A DNA stretch of 50,633 bases from a plasmid: sequence record NZ_CP025194.1. One strand, 5' to 3'. The translations under genes were made by a program, and so were the position numbers. This document shows, piece after piece, positions 47,456 to 50,633 of this stretch. The notes below the pieces were generated by a model. It ran no database searches. It saw only the letters and a program-made list of their open reading frames with translations, and was not told the DNA's origin. Position 1 is the first letter of the stretch. Every line of letters begins with the position of its first letter.

Positions 47456-48173
47456 CAGGCGGTCACCCGGACAGCGGGCATGGCATCTTTGGCTCGAAGT
47501 TCTGCGATGAGATCCGTGACCTCACGGAAGGCGGCACCGCTAGTCGGCATTTTCCCCGTGTGGCTTACCGCCTCATAATCTGCTCGGTGGCCAAGGGAAG
47601 CACTGAGCCGTTCTAGCCCTGCCTCCTTAATCTGTTCAGCGGCATGAGCAGCTACAGCCGTAGTTCGGACGGAATTGAGAATTACCCAAGCCGGATTGTC
47701 CGCCGAGTAGTAACAGAAAGTGACTTGACCTTTGTGGCAGTGGTCCTGGCTTCGTAGAGGTCTGCTTCCGAAGCCTTGCAGGGGATGAGCACCGCATCAG
47801 CCGAGGCAATTGCTACCGACGATCCAAGGTTCTCAAACCCGGCGGTGTCCACGAGCACTAAATCGTGCTGGTCGCGCAACTCAGCAATTAAGTGTGCCAA
47901 TCGGTCCTCGTTTGCCTCGGCGCAGTGAGTAATCTCCGGTCCCTCGTAAATGGCAGTCAGCCATCGAGAAAGCGCCTTGTTGGGGTCCGCATCCACCACC
48001 GCGAAAGATGCTCCTTCACGCGCTAGGAGAGCAGACATAGCCCGACCCAATGTGCTCTTGCCGCAGCCTCCTTTTGACCCAGCCAATGTTAAGACCGTCA
48101 TTCGCATACGTCTCCGTGTCCGAGCGATCATACGTTCGTACATCATGTCTACCATACGCAATGTCGCTCGCAC
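47455..48173 (-). pseudogene. parA: parA with a 1-bp deletion (ccgg versus ccggg at ~47692) relative to the copy at 4224..4943
   Basis: ORF truncated to 163 aa (…TTRRTIRLG), with the remaining C-terminal coding sequence out of frame. Confidence 0.6.
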
Positions 48174-48308
48174 AAACGTACTATCCTACAAACGTACGTA
48201 TTGCCGATCATACGTACGTTTATGCGGTGGATGTCTGAATAGGTTCGGCTATCTATGAAGCAGCCTCAGAAATTGTGCTGGAGACGCAGAGGCGCTGGCG
48301 GATGCCAG

Positions 48309-50576
48309 CTACAGAGCCAGCCACTCCCGAAGCTTCGACCAGCGCCGACGTGCGCCCTGGTTGCGCACGGCGATCGCCAGGGCCCGGCGCTGCCCGAGCA
48401 GCACCACCAGCTTCCGGCCCCGCGTCACGCCGGTGTAGAGCAGGTTGCGCGCCAGCATGGCGTAGTGCTGCGTGCTGAGCGGGATCACCACCGCCGGGTA
48501 CTCCGAGCCCTGCGCCTTGTGGATGGTGGTGGCGTAGGCCAGCACCAGCTCGTCCAGCTCCCCGAAGCCGTAGGCGACCTCCCGCCCGTCGAAGACCACC
48601 GTGAGTTCGCCCTCCTCCAGGTCCACCCCCGTGATCACCCCGAGGTCGCCGTTGAACACCTCCCGGTCGTAGCTGTTGGCCACCTGCATGACCTTGTCGC
48701 CGGGTCCGAAGGTCCAGCCGAAGCGCTCGACCCGCAACTCGCCCGGTGGGTTCAGCGCCGCCTGCAGCGCGGCGTTCAGCGCCCGGGCCCCCAGCCCGCC
48801 CCGGTTCATCGGGCAGAGCACCTGCACGTCGCGGATCGGATCCAGCCCGAAGCGCGCCGGGATGCGCTCGCCCACCAGGGTGAGCAGCTTGCGCACACCC
48901 TCCTCCGGCTCCTCCGCCCCGACGAAGAAGAAATCGCTGCCCGCCGTCGCCTCGAGCTCCGGCAGCCGACCGCGGTTGATGCGGTGGGCACTGGTCACGA
49001 TCCGGCTCTCGGCCGCCTGCCGGAACACCTCGCTCAGCCGCACCACCGGCAGGGCGCCCGAGCCGATGACGTCGGCCAGCACCTGCCCGGGGCCCACCGA
49101 GGGGAGCTGGTCCACGTCGCCCACCAGCAGCAGCGCCGCCTCGTCGGGCAGCGCCCGCAGCAGGGCGCGCATCAGCGGCACGTCCACCATCGAGGTCTCG
49201 TCGGCCACCAGCAGCTGGCAGGCCAGCGGGTTCGTCTCGTCGCGCTTGAACCCACCGGTCTTCGGGTCGCTCTCCAGCAGCCGGTGGATGGTCCGCGCCT
49301 CCAGCCCCGTGCTCTCGCTCAGGCGCCTGGCCGCGCGTCCCGTCGGGGCGCAGAGCGCCACCTCCACCCCCCTGGCCCGGATCACCCGCAGGATGGCGTT
49401 CACCAGCGTGGTCTTGCCCACACCCGGGCCGCCGGTGATCACCAGCACCTTCGACGAGAGCGCCAGCCGCAGCGCCTCGCGCTGGCTCGCCGCAAGCGCC
49501 AGGCCGGTGCGCTCCTCCACCCAGGGGATCGCCCGGTCGGCATCGATGGCGGGCCAGGGCTGCCGCCCCGTGGCCAGCCGCCGCAGCCGCCCGGCGATCG
49601 CCTGCTCGGCGCGGTACAGCCCGGCCAGGAACACGCAAGGCTCGCCCTCCAGCGTGTCGGCCACCACCTCGCCGGCCTCGAGTTCGAGAGCCAGGGCCGC
49701 CTCGATCAGTTCGGCCGGCACTTCCAGCAGCTTGCCCGCGAGCGCGGTCAGCTCGCCCACCGGCAGGCCGCAGTGCCCCTCACCGGTGGCCTCGGCCAGG
49801 GCGAAGGAGATCCCGGCGCGGACCCGGATCATCGCCGTGGGCTCGATGCCGAGCCTGCCCGCCACGGTATCGGCGGTGCGGAAGCCGATGCCGCGGATGT
49901 CGCGCGCCAGGCGGTAGGGGTTCTCCGTGATCACCTCCACGGCCCGCGCCCCGTAGGTCTTGTAGATCCGCACCGCCCGCGAGGTGCCCACCCCGTTGGC
50001 ATGGAGGAACAGCATGATCTCGCGGATCACCTTCTGCCCGGCCCAGCCGGCGACGATGCGCGCCGCCCGCCTGGGGCCGATGCCGGTGACCTCGCGCAGC
50101 CGGGCGGGCTCGGCCTCGATCAGCTCGAACACCGCCTCGCCGAAGGCCGCCACCAGCCTGGCCGCGTAGACCGGACCGATGCCGCGGATCATGCCCGAGC
50201 CCAGGTACTTCTCGATGCCCTCGCGCGTCGTGGGCTGGGTGGCCTTGAGGAAGCCCGCCTTGAACTGCAGGCCGTGGGCGCGGTCGTTGACCCAGGCGCC
50301 CGACATCTGCACCCACTCGCCGGCCGAGATCGAGGCGGCGTGGCCCACCACGGTGACCAGGTCGCGGTGGCCGCGCGCCTTGACCCGCAGCACGCAGAAG
50401 CCGTTCTCGGCGCTGTGGTAGGTGACGCGTTCCACCAGCCCGGCCAGCGCCTCGGTGGGCAGGCCGCGATCCGCCGGGGCAGGGGAGGGGGCCGGGATGC
50501 CGGGCATGGCCCTCAGATAGGCGAACGGCAGCGCGGGCGCATCGGGCTCATGTCTCCACCAGGATTGTCTGATCAC
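48309..50576 (-). CDS. RecD2-like SF1B DNA helicase (copy 2)
   Basis: Identical to 5079..7346. Confidence 0.85.
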   Translation of the reverse strand: MIRQSWWRHEPDAPALPFAYLRAMPGIPAPSPAPADRGLPTEALAGLVERVTYHSAENGFCVLRVKARGHRDLVTVVGHAASISAGEWVQMSGAWVNDRAHGLQFKAGFLKATQPTTREGIEKYLGSGMIRGIGPVYAARLVAAFGEAVFELIEAEPARLREVTGIGPRRAARIVAGWAGQKVIREIMLFLHANGVGTSRAVRIYKTYGARAVEVITENPYRLARDIRGIGFRTADTVAGRLGIEPTAMIRVRAGISFALAEATGEGHCGLPVGELTALAGKLLEVPAELIEAALALELEAGEVVADTLEGEPCVFLAGLYRAEQAIAGRLRRLATGRQPWPAIDADRAIPWVEERTGLALAASQREALRLALSSKVLVITGGPGVGKTTLVNAILRVIRARGVEVALCAPTGRAARRLSESTGLEARTIHRLLESDPKTGGFKRDETNPLACQLLVADETSMVDVPLMRALLRALPDEAALLLVGDVDQLPSVGPGQVLADVIGSGALPVVRLSEVFRQAAESRIVTSAHRINRGRLPELEATAGSDFFFVGAEEPEEGVRKLLTLVGERIPARFGLDPIRDVQVLCPMNRGGLGARALNAALQAALNPPGELRVERFGWTFGPGDKVMQVANSYDREVFNGDLGVITGVDLEEGELTVVFDGREVAYGFGELDELVLAYATTIHKAQGSEYPAVVIPLSTQHYAMLARNLLYTGVTRGRKLVVLLGQRRALAIAVRNQGARRRWSKLREWLAL

Positions 50577-50633
50577 CGAGGGCGTAAAGGCAGAGGTGCG
50601 CCAGACGATCCACGGGCGGTGGACTGGCTCAAC

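Overview
This window is a high-GC (~65%), IS-saturated stretch of plasmid-like DNA, probably from an alphaproteobacterial (Acetobacteraceae/Rhizobiales-type) replicon.

Large-scale structure, seen directly in the sequence:
- A 7,403-bp unit (1..7403) recurs as A(1..3871) B(3872..7403) A'(7404..11274) C(11275..47102) B'(47103..50633).
- The window end joins the window start exactly as the internal B/A junction does (ggactggctcaac|aagcttgagtaaccc at 7391..7410). The sequence therefore behaves as a circle carrying a tandem (B-A)(B-A) duplication whose junction is the terminus of an IS6-family element.
- B and B' differ by a single 1-bp indel in parA.

Gene content:
- Plasmid backbone: RPA-type RepA with an iteron array, ParA plus a ParG-like RHH protein, and a 755-aa RecD2-like helicase.
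- At least six type II toxin-antitoxin modules: RHH/PemK, two VapBC pairs flanking a tyrosine recombinase, Phd/Doc-like, a candidate DUF4258/zinc-ribbon pair, and a decayed VapBC. There is also a DUF4160/DUF2442 pair.
- A zinc-type alcohol/formaldehyde dehydrogenase held in a composite-transposon-like structure between inverted IS6 copies.
- An IS graveyard: two different IS6-family ISs (one in 4 copies), three IS21-family elements of two types (both copies of one type carry differently inactivated istB), one complete IS66 with a pRiA4b-ORF3-like passenger plus an IS66 remnant, IS256 and IS630 transposase fragments, and a resolvase fragment.

Most notable feature: a five-gene minus-strand operon (22118..31734) with overlapping start/stop codons, encoding in order of transcription (31734 towards 22118) a 400-aa hypothetical, a 147-aa hypothetical, a DUF1156-type N6-adenine DNA methyltransferase, an MBL-fold protein and a PLD-nuclease/SNF2-helicase fusion. 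This is a candidate DNA-modification-based anti-phage defence system that matches neither canonical DISARM nor BREX. An IS6 copy sits 21 bp upstream of it.
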